In this document: in pieces, positions 1 to 9,106 of the stretch
How positions within the stretch are numbered: position 1 is the stretch's first letter
Layout of the letters: the number at the start of each line of letters is the position of its first letter
NCBI GenBank assembly: GCA_030637655.1
Contig: DAOWGI010000019.1
Span: 1 to 30,109, forward strand
Source: a candidate division FCPU426 bacterium
Lineage (GTDB): Bacteria > Oederibacteriota > JAAXVQ01 > JAUVAV01
Direction of reading: 5' to 3'
Length of the DNA: 30,109 nucleotides
Translations under genes and position numbers: made by a program
Notes under the pieces: model-generated
Told to the model about the DNA's origin: nothing
What the model saw: only the letters and a program-made list of their open reading frames with translations
Databases searched by the model: none

Positions 1-39
1 AATTACTGCCGTGATGATAAAAGGCATCCACTTTTTCAT
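1..39 (-). CDS. urtC: 5' end of urea ABC transporter permease (runs off the window)
   Basis: ATG at 39 with GAGG upstream reads MKKWMPFIITAVI (hydrophobic) directly after urtB. Identity rests on urtABC gene order. Confidence 0.6.
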   Translation of the reverse strand, partial: MKKWMPFIITAVI

Positions 40-55
40 TGTTGTCCTCATCATA

Positions 56-967
56 TTAATCCAAGGCCCTGGTTTTCAATGAAAACAAGCCTTGCGGTTT
101 CCACTGCAGAAATATAATAACCAATGTAAATACGATAACTTTCCCCATACTGGTGGTACTGATAAATTCAAAGATTGAACTCGAAATCCCTATAACCAGC
201 GCCCCGGCTATAGTTCCGGCCAAACCTCCTATGCCACCAAGAATAACCACCATGAATGCGTCGATAATATAATTCTGCCCCAGGGACGGCCCGATGGAAC
301 CTAGCAAACTTACCGCACAACCCGCAACGCCGGCTACCCCGGACCCCATAGCAAATGTAAAAGCGTCAATTTTCGGAGTTGGAATTCCCAGACACGCGCT
401 CATTCTGCGATTTTGCATTACCGCCCGTATTTTCCTCCCCTTAACCGTCCGGTAAAGATAAATAAACATCCCGGTTAAGCATAGGCTGCTTAACCCTATA
501 ATAAATAGCCGGTTGTACGGAAGCTGCAAACCCTGCGTAATTTGAATTCCATGCTCAAACCATTTGGGACTGGCTACATCCACATTGTTCGCGCCAAAAA
601 TATTACGCGCTGCCTGTTGCAGTATCAGGCTAACACCCCAGGTAGCGAGCAGTGTCTCGTAAGGCTTCCCATATAAAAAGCGAATAAGGACTTTTTCCAA
701 AAGCCAGCCGATTCCGGCTGCCACAAAGAATGAAAGCGGCAAGGCAATCAAAAAGGAAATCCCGGGAAAAGCCTGTCCGAGTAATTTCGCGAATATCACC
801 TGTACAATAAATACTGTATACGCACCGATCATTAAAAATTCTCCATGGGCAAAATTGATTACACCCATGATGCCGAAAGTAATGCTTAGACCCATGCCGA
901 TCATCAAGAGAATCGAGCTCAGGCTTAATCCGTTAAAAATTTGGCTTAGTATAATATCCAGTGACAT
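56..967 (-). CDS. urtB: Urea ABC transporter permease (LivH-like)
   Basis: GLSITFGIMGVINFAHGEF, ETLLATWGVSLILQQ, LGQNYIIDAFMVVILGG, QWKPQGLF. ATG at 967 has a GAGGAAG RBS (ORF track starts at 979). Confidence 0.92.
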   Translation of the reverse strand: MSLDIILSQIFNGLSLSSILLMIGMGLSITFGIMGVINFAHGEFLMIGAYTVFIVQVIFAKLLGQAFPGISFLIALPLSFFVAAGIGWLLEKVLIRFLYGKPYETLLATWGVSLILQQAARNIFGANNVDVASPKWFEHGIQITQGLQLPYNRLFIIGLSSLCLTGMFIYLYRTVKGRKIRAVMQNRRMSACLGIPTPKIDAFTFAMGSGVAGVAGCAVSLLGSIGPSLGQNYIIDAFMVVILGGIGGLAGTIAGALVIGISSSIFEFISTTSMGKVIVFTLVIIFLQWKPQGLFSLKTRALD

Positions 968-1065
968 GGTCTTCCTCAATAATCTTTATTCGTTAACTAC
1001 TTAGCATTTACAACCCAGACCGCTTTGGGCTTTTTTAAAGTATGGCAGCGCCAACTACAAAGACA

Positions 1066-1100
1066 GGGAAAGGAAGCGGCGCTTCGCCGCTCCCTTTCCC
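1066..1100 (-). promoter_or_regulatory. Intercistronic stem-loop after urtA (mRNA stabiliser/attenuator)
   Basis: GGGAAAGGAAGCGGCG-CTT-CGCCGCTCCCTTTCCC, a 16-bp stem whose single mismatch is a G-U pair on the minus strand. No U-tract. Confidence 0.6.
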
Positions 1101-1109
1101 GTGTTTAGC

Positions 1110-2351
1110 TTATTTCTTTTCCACGATTACGCCGGGTTCCAATACTTCCTTGTTGGATACTAAAGACGGAAATGGATCCGGATCAACCTGTGATTTCGAA
1201 GTCCACAGAATATCAAACTGTCCGTCGGCATTGACTTTACCCACCTGAACAATTTTTCGAGTGTGGTTATTTTTCGGATCAATCGAGACCCAGCCTTGAG
1301 GCGCTTTGAACTTCATGCCGCGCATGGCAACCCGTACCTTATTTACATCCGATGTGCCGGCCGCTTCTACTGCTTTGGCCCAGAGATAAACTCCGAAATA
1401 ATTCGCCTCAATCGGATCATCGGTTACCCGGTCCTGACCAAAGCGTTTCTTGTAGGCTTTTACAAACTTTTCATTTTCAGGTGTTTTCATGCTCATAAAG
1501 TAATTCCATACCGCGAAATGATTCAGCATATTTTCCGCGCCGATTCCGCGAATTTCATCTTCCGCGATGCTGACCGACATGGTAGGTATATCTTTAGCTG
1601 TAATGCCGGCAGCGCGCAGCTGTTTAAAAAAACCCACATTGCTGTCGCCATTAAGTGAATTAAACACGATGTCCGGTTTGGCCGCTTTGATTTTGTTGAT
1701 GATGGTACTGTACTCGGTATGTCCCAGCGGAGTATATTCTTCCCCCACCAGGATGCCGCCTTCTGCTTTTAGCTGCGCTTTGACAATCAGGTTCGCGGTC
1801 CTGGGAAAGACATAATCCGAGCCCAAGAGATAGAATTTTTTATACTTGTTTTTCAAAAGCCAGCTAACCCCGGGCATAATTTGCTGGTTGGCGGTCGCCC
1901 CGGTATAAATAATGTTTTTCGAAGCTTCCAGTCCTTCATACTGAACCGGATAGACCAGCAAGTGATTATATTTCTCAAAAACCGGCAAAACCGCTTTCCG
2001 GCTGGCAGAAGTCCAGCAACCGAAAACTACATCTACCTTGTCCCGCATAATTAACTTCTTGGCCTTTTCGGCAAAAGTCGGCCAGTCCGAAGCTCCGTCT
2101 TCAATAACCGGAACAATTTGTTTGCCTAAAATTCCGCCGGCGGCATTAATTTCTTCTATAGCCAACAATTCCCCATCTTTGACCGCAACTTCACTAATAG
2201 ACATGGTCCCGCTGAGCGAATGCAAAATACCGACTTTGATTACATCTTTTTTCTTGGCGGCGACCGAACCGCCAACAATTCCCCCTATAAAGAGCATTGC
2301 CAAAACTCCTGCTTTTATCCAACTGCTTTTGATCCATCTATTGTTGAACAT
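1110..2351 (-). CDS. urtA: Urea ABC transporter substrate-binding protein
   Basis: Signal peptide; [62 protein letters not shown] are typical UrtA motifs. Confidence 0.95.
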   Translation of the reverse strand: MFNNRWIKSSWIKAGVLAMLFIGGIVGGSVAAKKKDVIKVGILHSLSGTMSISEVAVKDGELLAIEEINAAGGILGKQIVPVIEDGASDWPTFAEKAKKLIMRDKVDVVFGCWTSASRKAVLPVFEKYNHLLVYPVQYEGLEASKNIIYTGATANQQIMPGVSWLLKNKYKKFYLLGSDYVFPRTANLIVKAQLKAEGGILVGEEYTPLGHTEYSTIINKIKAAKPDIVFNSLNGDSNVGFFKQLRAAGITAKDIPTMSVSIAEDEIRGIGAENMLNHFAVWNYFMSMKTPENEKFVKAYKKRFGQDRVTDDPIEANYFGVYLWAKAVEAAGTSDVNKVRVAMRGMKFKAPQGWVSIDPKNNHTRKIVQVGKVNADGQFDILWTSKSQVDPDPFPSLVSNKEVLEPGVIVEKK

Positions 2352-2409
2352 TTTTTTCCTCCCTTAAAAATTTGGTTGCCCTGAAGGCTTTTTGTCTGTT
2401 CTTACCCTC

Positions 2410-3552
2410 TTAAAAATCATAAAAAAACGAGAGCATTACTTGATTTCCATACAATGTCTGTAGATTTGACCAGGCAGTGGCTGCATAGGTATATTCCGCT
2501 CCGATTTTAAATCCGCCGGTCAAAGTATAAATTAAATTGGCATAAATTCTTTCGTTCTTCAGGTAATTGCTGAAATTGGCAACTCCGGTTAAATCTCCGT
2601 CTTCCGGATCGTCAATTCCATAACCGGCGTGCATGACCCATTTCTCAATGGCATAACTTAAGTCAGCCCAACCCACAATGGTTTTAATGGCTGTGGAACC
2701 ATTGAAATCCTGGCCGAACCGGAAAAACTCAGCGCCCAGTCCCTGTCCCTGGGCAATTTCCAGCGACAAAGTCACTGGTCCCAGCGGAGCCGAAGCTTCC
2801 AGCCCAATTAAATTTGATGTAACTTCCTGATTAATTCCGGCCAACTTTCCTTGCCGATAAGCACCGGATAACGCAACTAAAATCTTATCGATTTTATAAC
2901 CAACCCGGGCGCCGATAAAAGGCATGCGCATTTGATCTCCAAACGGTCCTGCGAAAGATCCGCGCTCAAAACGCATAATGGTCACTGCGTATTCCATGCC
3001 AAAGTCTAAGTGTTGTTTAAAAGTAATTTGAGGAATTCTCTGCCACAAATTCCCCCCGTAACCCATGATAGAAAAATCCAAGGCACTGGGGTGCAGCGTC
3101 ATAATCGGCGTCCAGTCCTGACCCACAATCAGCTTGAGGCTGTCGGTTCCGTATTGAATTTTAGCCAGGCGCAATCTTGGAGCCTGCAATCCAACAGCAT
3201 CTGATCCCCAAAAGTCGAATTCCCCCTGGGCAATAATCGAAAGCTCTCCGCATTTCCATTCAGATTTCACACCTAAGAGCAAAAATCTCGAATTAAAAGT
3301 GCTGGAATCATTTTCTCCCGGACCGGCGGCGGTGAGATAGCCGTTAAACTGTGCCGGATCCAAAGGGTTGGTATTCCGGGAACTATAGATTGCGTCCAAC
3401 TCTACATGCCCGTAAGTCTTGACTTCAAAAGTCTCTGCTTCCCCCGCTGCTTCGGAAAACACACTTAGTCCCGACAAAATTAAAGCCAGGCTTAAAAAGC
3501 CGAAACCTATTTTTAGACTATTTCTTTTATCGAATTTTTTCTGGTCTTGCAT
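2410..3552 (-). CDS. Outer-membrane porin, DcaP-like
   Basis: Signal peptide; YGHVELDAIY, QGEFDFWG, PRLRLA, IVGQDW, WQRIPQI; alternating beta-strand pattern and C-terminal aromatic F (YDF). Confidence 0.8.
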   Translation of the reverse strand: MQDQKKFDKRNSLKIGFGFLSLALILSGLSVFSEAAGEAETFEVKTYGHVELDAIYSSRNTNPLDPAQFNGYLTAAGPGENDSSTFNSRFLLLGVKSEWKCGELSIIAQGEFDFWGSDAVGLQAPRLRLAKIQYGTDSLKLIVGQDWTPIMTLHPSALDFSIMGYGGNLWQRIPQITFKQHLDFGMEYAVTIMRFERGSFAGPFGDQMRMPFIGARVGYKIDKILVALSGAYRQGKLAGINQEVTSNLIGLEASAPLGPVTLSLEIAQGQGLGAEFFRFGQDFNGSTAIKTIVGWADLSYAIEKWVMHAGYGIDDPEDGDLTGVANFSNYLKNERIYANLIYTLTGGFKIGAEYTYAATAWSNLQTLYGNQVMLSFFYDF

Positions 3553-3667
3553 TTTTTTCCCCCTTCATAAATTTAAATTCATTTCAAATATGTTGATGCT
3601 TTTCAATCAATACAAAATATAAATATCACATCCCCACCTTTCCTTTTTTTTATTTGTAAGAGGTATA

Positions 3668-3684
3668 CGCAAGAGACGTGCCAA
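3668..3684 (-). promoter_or_regulatory. sigma54 (-24/-12) promoter of the porin-urt operon
   Basis: Minus strand TTGGCAC-GTCTC-TTGCG matches TGGCAC-N5-TTGC, about 115 bp upstream of the porin start. Confidence 0.85.
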
Positions 3685-3891
3685 TTACTTTGATTGCGAA
3701 GAAGATGTTTTTTATCATAATTTAAAGGGTGAAAAATCAGCGAAGCAGCCGGGAAGAAATACACAAAGGCTACAATTTTGTATTTATCGATGTTATTAGT
3801 ACTGATTTGTATTTTTGCGGATAAGTAATTTCCTCTCAAGGATACTATAGTGAAAACTTATGTAGACCGCTGTAAAGGTCATATTCAGGCT

Positions 3892-4115
3892 GGTAAAAAA
3901 ACCAAACTCGTGTATCTCATGGCCAGAATGATATTGGTGAAATTACCACTTTTTAAGACATTTATTGGCAAAATTGCCAACTATTTAGACCTATTTTAAT
4001 CTCAATTACTTTTTTTATTACATATATATATATTTTATTCATGTAAGCTGAGCAGGAATTGGAAATATTTTTTTTATATATTCCTATCATTCGGTTTTTA
4101 TTAGGCAATTTTGCC
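3892..4115. promoter_or_regulatory. Array of 12-bp palindromic operator/UAS sites, GGYAA-NN-TTRCC
   Basis: GGTAAAAAAACC 3892-3903, GGTGAAATTACC 3936-3947, GGCAAAATTGCC 3967-3978, GGCAATTTTGCC 4104-4115, all in an AT-rich divergent intergenic region. Confidence 0.6.
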
Positions 4116-4176
4116 AGTTTGATTTTTCCCGGCTGTTTTTCTCTCTGATTAAATATAAAAAACAAAGGATAATTTA

Positions 4177-4205
4177 TTGACAATTATTTTATGTTTTGCC
4201 AGAAT
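4177..4205 (+). promoter_or_regulatory. Putative sigma70 promoter of the glutamate-synthase-family gene
   Basis: TTGACA-17 bp-CAGAAT with TG extension, followed by the palindrome GGCAA-TCGT-TTGCC. Confidence 0.45.
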
Positions 4206-4327
4206 AGGCAATCGTTTGCCAATAAGTAAGAATTCCAGGTTGTACGCCTACAAGTTTCTCAATCCTGTTTTCAGTACCTCTGGATTTCACAAGAATTGGC
4301 AGCAACTATAAAAGGGAGGATGTACGA

Positions 4328-6001
4328 ATGATTCAATGGCCAAAAAGCAATGATGCAATCGGAAGTGTCAACCGCGGTAATCCTTGCGAATCCGGTCTCT
4401 GCACTCTGTGCCGGGCGGATTGTAAAGGCAAGTGCGAAACCTGGTTGTCCAGCATGAAGGGTCGTAAGATTCTGTATCCCAGAGATTTCGGAACCATCAC
4501 AGCCGGCAGCTCGAACACCTGTCATGTAGGCGTTTCCTATAATTCTTTGAGAATTAATGGATATGTGTACGGTGCCAATGGCGTGCCGCAAGGTCTTTCG
4601 AATTCCGAAGATGATTGCGTATTTCCCAATGTCAACACCGAATTGGAATTCGGTACTGAGATAAAAACCAAAGCGCGTGTACCCTTGATGACCGGCGCTT
4701 TGGGATCTACTTTTATTGCTGCTAAATATTGGGAATCCTTTGCCATTGGCGCAGCCTTGGTCGGTTATCCGATCGTGGTTGGCGAAAATGTGGTTGGTGT
4801 TGATAAAGAATCCGAAATCAAGAACGGCAAGATCAACAAAGCCCCTGAACTGGATCGCCGCATTGATACCTTCCTGCGTTATTATGACGGTTATGGCGCT
4901 ATCATTGTTCAGATGAACGTCGAAGACACCCGCAATGGCGTGGCTGAATACATCATTAATAAATACGGCGACAAGGTTATCCTGGAATTAAAATGGGGTC
5001 AAGGCGCCAAGGTTATTGGCGGCGAAATTCAGGTCACCTCTTTGGAGTACGCGCTCTTCTTGAAAAAAAGAGGTTATGTGGTGGATCCGGATCCGACCCT
5101 TCCCGAAGTTCAGGAAGCGTTCGAAAATAAATCCATCCGCTCCTTTGCGCGTCACAGCCGCTTGGGATACACCAGCCTGTCCTCCAAAGAAGAAGTGGAA
5201 AAAAGCTTTATGGAATCAGTAGCTTATCTGCGCAAACTCGGTTACAAAAGAATTTCTTTAAAAACCGGATCCTATGGCATGGAAACCTTGGCTATGTCCA
5301 TTAAATATGCCAGTGATGCCAAATTGGAACTGCTAACCATTGATGGTTCCGGCGGCGGAACCGGCATGAGTCCGTGGAACATGATGGAATCCTGGGGTGT
5401 TCCTTCCATTAACCTGCATGCCAAAGCATCGGAATATGCTTCCTTGCTCGCACAGAACGGAACCAAGGTTGTTGATATGGCGTTTGCCGGCGGCTTGGCC
5501 AAAGAAGATCAGATTTTCAAGGCCTTGGCTTTGGGCGCACCGTTTACCAAGCTTGTGTGTATGGGAAGATCACTTATGATTCCCGCTTACTTGGGCGCGA
5601 ATGTGCAAGGCGTGTTGCGGCCCGAGGACAAAGTGAAGGTTAACGGCAATTGGGATAAATTGCCGCCTACGGTGGAAGAGTGTGGAATCAAAGAAGCTGA
5701 GATTTTCGCCGGCTACTATGACGTGCAAAAAAAAGTCGGCAAAGATGAAATGAAGAACATTCCGTTTGGCGCCATTGCCAGCTGGACCTTGGCTGATAAG
5801 CTGGCTGCCGGTTTGCAGCAACTGATGGCCGGAGCACGCAAGTTCTCCTTGTCTGAAATTACACGTAAGGAAATCTACTCCGCCAATCGCGAGACCGAAA
5901 AAGATACTGGTATCCCATTCATCACGGATGTGGAAGATGACGCAGCCAAAGCAATTCTCACCGGTACTCCCAGTAAGTCCGCAACTGCTGTTGGCAACTA
6001 G
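4328..6001 (+). CDS. Stand-alone FMN-binding glutamate synthase family protein (GltB FMN-domain-like)
   Basis: ELKWGQGAKVIGG, ISLKTG, TIDGSGGGTGMSP, WGVP, FAGG...IFKALALGA FMN-barrel motifs. N-terminal Cys cluster CESGLCTLCRADCKGKC. AGGGAGG RBS. Confidence 0.9.
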   Translation: MIQWPKSNDAIGSVNRGNPCESGLCTLCRADCKGKCETWLSSMKGRKILYPRDFGTITAGSSNTCHVGVSYNSLRINGYVYGANGVPQGLSNSEDDCVFPNVNTELEFGTEIKTKARVPLMTGALGSTFIAAKYWESFAIGAALVGYPIVVGENVVGVDKESEIKNGKINKAPELDRRIDTFLRYYDGYGAIIVQMNVEDTRNGVAEYIINKYGDKVILELKWGQGAKVIGGEIQVTSLEYALFLKKRGYVVDPDPTLPEVQEAFENKSIRSFARHSRLGYTSLSSKEEVEKSFMESVAYLRKLGYKRISLKTGSYGMETLAMSIKYASDAKLELLTIDGSGGGTGMSPWNMMESWGVPSINLHAKASEYASLLAQNGTKVVDMAFAGGLAKEDQIFKALALGAPFTKLVCMGRSLMIPAYLGANVQGVLRPEDKVKVNGNWDKLPPTVEECGIKEAEIFAGYYDVQKKVGKDEMKNIPFGAIASWTLADKLAAGLQQLMAGARKFSLSEITRKEIYSANRETEKDTGIPFITDVEDDAAKAILTGTPSKSATAVGN

Positions 6002-6015
6002 GGATCGCATAAACC

Positions 6016-6050
6016 AAAAAAGGGTGGCCGTGAGGCCACCCTTTTTTTTT
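6016..6050 (+). terminator. Rho-independent terminator (likely bidirectional)
   Basis: AAAAAAGGGTGGCC-GTGA-GGCCACCCTTTTTTTTT. Confidence 0.92.
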
Positions 6051-6093
6051 ACCTATCCTCCGGGACAGGGGGTGTCAAATACACATACATATA

Positions 6094-6123
6094 TTGACGA
6101 ATCCAAGCTACTCCTGCTAAGAT
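6094..6123 (+). promoter_or_regulatory. Putative sigma70 promoter of nfnAB
   Basis: TTGACG-18 bp-TAAGAT with TG extension, downstream of the terminator. Confidence 0.45.
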
Positions 6124-6248
6124 TTGTCATACTTCTATGCTTTGTGCGGTGTGTTTTCAGGATTGTTTTTTCGCAAAATTCCCCGCATTAAAGCGCGGAG
6201 AATTCGCGGTGTTGTATTAAATTTACTTTCCAGGAAAGGATCATAACC

Positions 6249-7055
6249 TTGTACGAAATCATCTCTAAACGTTTGATTGCGCCCGCAGTTTGGCGACATA
6301 CCATCAAGGCTCCTGAAATCGCCCGTAAACGGCAAGCCGGAAATTTTGTGATTGTCCGGCCCATAACGGGTAGTGAACGTATTCCCTTGACTATTGTTTC
6401 TTCAGATACGCAGGCCGAAACCATTGACATCATTTTCCAGGTCGTCGGGGCCACAACCATGGACCTGGCTGAGGCAAAAAGTATTCAGGATATTGTCGGC
6501 CCCTTGGGGCACCCTACCCATATTGAGAATTACGGCCGCGTGGTGGTTGTGGGCGGCGGCGTGGGTATCGCACCGCTTTTGCCTATTGCCCAGGCCTTAA
6601 AACAAGCCGGCAGCCGTTTGACTGCCATTCTGGGTGCCCGTTCCAAAGATTTCTTGATTTTGGAAGATGACCTGGCACCCATTAGTGATGAACTGCTAAT
6701 TGCCACGGACGACGGTTCCCAAGGACAAAAAGGACTGGTCACTAACGCCTTAAAACCCCTGCTCGATAAAAAAGCAGTTGACTTTGTCCTGGCCATAGGG
6801 CCGGTAGTCATGATGAAGGCGGTATCGGAATTAACCCGGTCCTATGGAGTGAAAACCATGGTCAGCTTGAATCCCTTAATGATTGACGGGACCGGAATGT
6901 GCGGTGTTTGCCGTTGCAAAATCGACGGCCAAACCAAGTTTGCCTGTGTGGATGGCCCGGAATTTGACGGCCATCAGGTTGATTTTGACAATTTGACCCG
7001 CCGGCTCTCTATGTACCATGCGGAAGAAAAAAAACGAAAGGAAATAAGGTCCTAA
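6249..7055 (+). CDS. nfnA: NADH-dependent reduced ferredoxin:NADP oxidoreductase small subunit (NfnA/SudB)
   Basis: ERIPLTI, QVVGATT, GPLGHP, GGGVGIAP, TDDGSQG, DGTGMCGVCR...ACVDGPEFDG (Asp/Cys [2Fe-2S]). TTG start with AGGAAAGG RBS. Confidence 0.88.
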   Translation: MYEIISKRLIAPAVWRHTIKAPEIARKRQAGNFVIVRPITGSERIPLTIVSSDTQAETIDIIFQVVGATTMDLAEAKSIQDIVGPLGHPTHIENYGRVVVVGGGVGIAPLLPIAQALKQAGSRLTAILGARSKDFLILEDDLAPISDELLIATDDGSQGQKGLVTNALKPLLDKKAVDFVLAIGPVVMMKAVSELTRSYGVKTMVSLNPLMIDGTGMCGVCRCKIDGQTKFACVDGPEFDGHQVDFDNLTRRLSMYHAEEKKRKEIRS

Positions 7056-7058
7056 ACC

Positions 7059-8450
7059 ATGCCGTTAAATCTAAATCGTGTTTCCATGCCCGAACAAGAG
7101 TCACAAGAACGCCGGCATAATTTCAAAGAAGTTAATCTCGGCCTGACTCCTGAATTGGCGCGCGCTGAAGCCGGACGTTGCCTGTTTTGTAAAAAACCTA
7201 CTTGTATTGACGGTTGTCCGGTTCGAATTAATATTCCCGCTTTTATCCAGGCTGTTTTGGATAATGACCTGAATGAGGCTGTGCGCCGCATCCGGGTGGA
7301 CAACTCGCTGCCGGGCATTTGCGGACGTGTCTGCCCACAAGAGACTCAATGCGAACAAACCTGTGTGTTAAATAAAAAAGGCGCCCCAATTGCCATTGGA
7401 GCGTTGGAACGCTATGTCGGTGATTATGCCATCCGGGAATGCCTGGCAACTGAGTGCGTGGTGGCTGAAAACGGAATCAAGGTTGCAGTCGTAGGCAGCG
7501 GTCCCTCAGGTTTGACCTGCGCCGGAGAATTGCGAAAACAGGGGTACTCAGTCACTGTGTTTGAGGCTTTGCATGAATTAGGCGGAGTCTTGGTTTACGG
7601 TATTCCTGAATTCCGTTTACCCAAGGAAGCAGTAGTCCAGGTGGAGATTGATACCCTAAAAACCATGGGTGTGGAATTCAAAACCAATTATTTAATCGGC
7701 AAGACCCTTTTGCTATCCGATTTAATGGAAGCTGAGGGATTTGCCGCCGTGTATGTTGCCACCGGCTCAGGCTATCCCCAGTTTATGCAGATTCCCGGCG
7801 AGGATTTAAATTATGTTTACTCTGCCAACGAATTTTTAACGCGCATGAATCTTATGCAAGCTTATAAAGGCGATGCCGCAGCAACCCCGATTTTCGTGGG
7901 AAAAAGCGTGGCAGTAATCGGCGGTGGAAATACCGCCATGGATGCGGCCCGCTGCGCGCTTAGGATGCCAGGGGTGGAAAAAGTCTCTCTGATCTACCGG
8001 AGATCTGAAAAGGAAATGCCCGCACGAACCGAGGAGGTCAAGCACGCGAAAGAAGAAGGCATTAATTTCCAGTTCCTGACCGCTCCCACCGAGTATCTGG
8101 GCACACCCGAAGGCGCGGTCCGGGCTGCCCGGTGCGTCCGTATGGAACTGGGCGAGCCGGATGCCTCAGGCCGCCGGCGGCCGGTGGTTATTCCAGACAG
8201 TGAATATGAAATCCAGGTGGATGCGGTGGTAGTTGCCATTGGCACGCAGGCAAATCCCATAATTGCGCAAACCACTCCCGGCTTAGAGATCAATAAATGG
8301 GGCTACATTGTTACGGACGAAGACGGGCTGACTTCCATTAAAAATATCTATGCCGGCGGTGATATTGTCAGCGGAGCAGCCACCGTTATTTTAGCCATGG
8401 GTGCCGGCCGGAACGCGGCGCAAAAGATTCATGAAGTACTTGCGCGCTAG
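7059..8450 (+). CDS. nfnB: Nfn large subunit (NfnB/SudA, GltD-like)
   Basis: RCLFCKKPTCIDGCP and CGRVCPQETQCEQTC Fe-S motifs; GSGPSG, YGIPEFRLP, GGGNTAMD, AGGDIVSGAATVILAMGAG. Starts 3 bp after nfnA. Confidence 0.88.
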   Translation: MPLNLNRVSMPEQESQERRHNFKEVNLGLTPELARAEAGRCLFCKKPTCIDGCPVRINIPAFIQAVLDNDLNEAVRRIRVDNSLPGICGRVCPQETQCEQTCVLNKKGAPIAIGALERYVGDYAIRECLATECVVAENGIKVAVVGSGPSGLTCAGELRKQGYSVTVFEALHELGGVLVYGIPEFRLPKEAVVQVEIDTLKTMGVEFKTNYLIGKTLLLSDLMEAEGFAAVYVATGSGYPQFMQIPGEDLNYVYSANEFLTRMNLMQAYKGDAAATPIFVGKSVAVIGGGNTAMDAARCALRMPGVEKVSLIYRRSEKEMPARTEEVKHAKEEGINFQFLTAPTEYLGTPEGAVRAARCVRMELGEPDASGRRRPVVIPDSEYEIQVDAVVVAIGTQANPIIAQTTPGLEINKWGYIVTDEDGLTSIKNIYAGGDIVSGAATVILAMGAGRNAAQKIHEVLAR

Positions 8451-8516
8451 GAGCTTGAGCATTTAGAGTCTATGTCTAAATTATCTACGTTTTTTGCGTA
8501 GATAATTTTCTTTGCT

Positions 8517-8699
8517 TCCGGGCTTTGCCGGCTTAGGATTTTAAAACTCAAAATCGTGCTTTAATGGCAAGATTATTTCACCACAGAGACACAGAGGGCA
8601 CAGAGAAAACAAGATAAAATTAAAAGATTTTAAAAAACTCTGCGTACTCTGTGCCTCTGTGGTGAATATACCTTTTTGATTCCGGGTTGCCCGGGTTAG
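8517..8699 (+). repeat. Composite palindromic repeat: ACAGAG-unit long hairpin flanked by TCCGG..CCGG(C/G)TTAG modules
   Basis: Hairpin TTCACCACAGAGACACAGAGGGCACAGAG...CTCTGCGTACTCTGTGCCTCTGTGGTGAA (8577-8666). Modules TCCGGGCTTTGCCGGCTTAGG (8517-8537) and TCCGGGTTGCCCGGGTTAG (8681-8699). Confidence 0.8.
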
Positions 8700-9091
8700 T
8701 TTGTTAATTTCACCCTTTTAGCCCGCTCGGCTTTTCCCTCAACCTCCTGCAAAATCATATCCACGTTCTTTTTGTTGACACGATAAAAGACATCAAAAAC
8801 ATCACCGGCCACGGGAATTGCTCCCAAAACCACATCCACAACAATATTACACAACATCGCCATAAGCGTAGGCACGGAACAGCGATGGCGAATGGCTTGC
8901 AGGAATATATACAGAGCGAGCAGTCCGGTGGCAATGTCACCCACTCCAGGCACCAGTCCGATCAGACTATCAAAACCAAAGGCTATTTTAGTTCCCGGCA
9001 GGGTAAACCTATTATCCAACCAGTATGACAAATATTTTAAACGTTGTAATGAATCTGAGACAGGTTTGTAAGCTGTAGATTGTTCGTTCAC
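8696..9091 (-). CDS. DUF4112 family membrane protein
   Basis: LDNRFTLPGTKIAFGFDSLIGLVPGVGD and NIVVDVVLGAIPVAGDVFDVFYRVN signatures. Confidence 0.9.
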   Translation of the reverse strand: MNEQSTAYKPVSDSLQRLKYLSYWLDNRFTLPGTKIAFGFDSLIGLVPGVGDIATGLLALYIFLQAIRHRCSVPTLMAMLCNIVVDVVLGAIPVAGDVFDVFYRVNKKNVDMILQEVEGKAERAKRVKLTN

Positions 9092-9106
9092 ACGGCATCC
9101 TTAGGG

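Noticed and set aside
4206-4221. Second sigma54 promoter for the glutamate-synthase-family gene
   Set aside because: GG-to-GC spacing is 9 nt, not the required 10; better read as a palindrome.
3553-4327. Riboswitch (guanidine or glutamine) or small ORFs in the divergent region
   Set aside because: No recognisable aptamer motif; the ORFs are AT-rich and lack an RBS. An Rfam scan would be needed to exclude this fully.
7059-8450. Canonical gltD small subunit
   Set aside because: Tight pairing with an NfnA-type gene and a terminator after the GltB-like gene favour NfnB, although gltD function is not formally excluded.
8577-8666. CRISPR-like array (also 18696-18833)
   Set aside because: Units are inverted or only 8-10 nt, with no regular unique spacers and no cas genes.
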